47,004 nucleotides of DNA from a virus (Duplodnaviria > Caudoviricetes), in the IMG/VR virus record IMGVR_UViG_3300030433_002369, positions 1 through 47,004 of that record; one strand, 5' to 3'. This document shows positions 45,636 to 47,004 of the stretch, one piece after another. Every line of letters starts with the position of its first letter. Within the stretch, counting starts at the first letter, position 1. Below the pieces are notes generated by a model, which had not been told where the DNA came from, made no database searches, and saw only the letters and a list, made by a program, of their open reading frames with translations. Position numbers and translations under genes: made by a program.

Positions 45636-47004
45636 GTCCTTTATTTCCTAACATTCAGTCAGATTTGGACCTTAACGGTCCAATTCTGTCATTTTCTTCT
45701 CAACCCGTTGGCACTTCCTGTAGCGTAGCATCAGGAATTGCCACTTTTATTGGTATAGCAACAGCAACGTTTCCATCAGGGCAAACCGAAAGAGAAACTA
45801 ACACTGGAGAAATATCATATCAGTGGTATAAGGGATCTACTGCATTGACTGATGGAACAAATGTAACTGGATCTGGAACAACCACTCTAACTCTGTCTGG
45901 ACTGACTAATCCATCGGACAACAATACAGTAGTGTTCTTGCAGGCAGATTATACTCCTGATGCACTAACGCCAAATGCTATTAATGAACCACTAAATTCT
46001 GATAGTGCAACTCTTACAGTATTTCCGACAATTTCTATAGATACACAACCTGTAGATGTTACAGTCGTTGAAGATATTGAGACATCATTCTCTGTTGTTG
46101 CATCAACTTCAGAAAGTAGCACTGATCCTGGATTGGGGTATCAATGGTATCTCAATGGTAGTGAAATATCTGGAGCAACTTCATCAACACTTTCTATTAC
46201 TAGACCAGATCCAGGTTTAGATAAAGTTTATTGTGCGGTATCTCATCCCACAGCACAACCTGGTATTGTAACATCCACAGAAGCAAACTTAGATGTTGCC
46301 TCTGCAAGAACATTTATTCAATGGGAAAAAATTGGAAATGGTGCTAGACAGGAGCAGGGATCAAGAGATTTGGCAACTGCAGGACCATTTAGCGAAAGGG
46401 CAAGAGTAGAAATTAATGCTAGAATAGTTCAACTCTTCTCTCCTGAAAAAGATATTGATGTAAAAATTACACTGGGTGCTGCAGCAGGAAATTCTAGAAA
46501 TGGTAATCGTGGTGGAGAGGGTGGCATCTCCGTATTTAAAATGACACTGAAGCAGAATACAGAATATACTGTAAAGTTAGGTATTGCGTATAATCAAGGT
46601 GGTGGTCCTAGAGGTGGTATTAATGGTGGTGGTGGATTGGCAGTAATATATGAAAAGGCAAGAGTACTTGCAGTCTGTGGTGGTGGCGGAGGTGCTGGTA
46701 GCAATGGACGAGGCGGTGATGGCGGTGGATGTAATGTAGCAGGAGAACGTGGGCAAAATGGTGCCAATGGTGGAGCATTTGTTGGAGTAGATCAACTTCC
46801 TACAAGAGGAATGACTCAGGCAGGTAGAACTGGAGATAGAGATTTTGATAATGGTTCTAGTGGAAGCGGAAGATTGAGTGGATGTACAATTGGTGGGTGG
46901 TATAATGATCAAGGAAAAGCACCCTGCGAAGATGTAGGAACTGGAGTAGCATTCCTCAGTAATGCTGGAGGTGTCATGTCAGATACTACTAGCACCAGTA
47001 CTGG
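45632..47004 (+). CDS. Tail-fibre-associated protein with Ig-like and glycine-rich domains (truncated by window end)
   Basis: ATGA overlap; manual translation shows QP...ISYQWY...TTTLTLSGL and a second YQWY Ig repeat, then GGGGGAG-rich sequence. Absent from the ORF track, consistent with no stop before the window end. Confidence 0.75.
   Translation, partial: MSPLFPNIQSDLDLNGPILSFSSQPVGTSCSVASGIATFIGIATATFPSGQTERETNTGEISYQWYKGSTALTDGTNVTGSGTTTLTLSGLTNPSDNNTVVFLQADYTPDALTPNAINEPLNSDSATLTVFPTISIDTQPVDVTVVEDIETSFSVVASTSESSTDPGLGYQWYLNGSEISGATSSTLSITRPDPGLDKVYCAVSHPTAQPGIVTSTEANLDVASARTFIQWEKIGNGARQEQGSRDLATAGPFSERARVEINARIVQLFSPEKDIDVKITLGAAAGNSRNGNRGGEGGISVFKMTLKQNTEYTVKLGIAYNQGGGPRGGINGGGGLAVIYEKARVLAVCGGGGGAGSNGRGGDGGGCNVAGERGQNGANGGAFVGVDQLPTRGMTQAGRTGDRDFDNGSSGSGRLSGCTIGGWYNDQGKAPCEDVGTGVAFLSNAGGVMSDTTSTST

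Noticed and set aside
46577-46912. 111-aa minus-strand ORF
   Set aside because: It is an antisense shadow of the Gly-rich + strand gene that runs off the window.

Overview
This is a 47-kb segment of a T4-like marine cyanomyovirus (probably a Synechococcus phage). From left to right it holds: the 3' end of zwf; a thermonuclease and a cluster of membrane/secreted hypotheticals; psbA and psbD; talC and glutaredoxins; a run of small hypotheticals; a nitrogen-sensing RNA module; thyX, phoH, a 2OG-Fe(II) oxygenase, an exonuclease, gp33, gp59 and gp32; a baseplate/tail block (gp53, gp48, gp2, gp4, gp54, gp26, gp51, a lysozyme-bearing tail protein, gp5-like pieces, a large PA14-repeat protein) with cp12 embedded in it; an island with tRNA-Leu(TAA) and tRNA-Thr(TGT); and large tail-fibre-like genes. 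The most striking feature is at 10522-11054. An NtcA box and a sigma70 promoter drive a tandem glutamine-riboswitch-like RNA. Its first aptamer appears split by a complete 65-codon ORF inside its P2 loop, with the ORF's start and stop regions base-paired to each other. A second, intact aptamer and a DUF4278-like YRG peptide gene follow. All assignments come from motif recognition by eye; no database searches were run.
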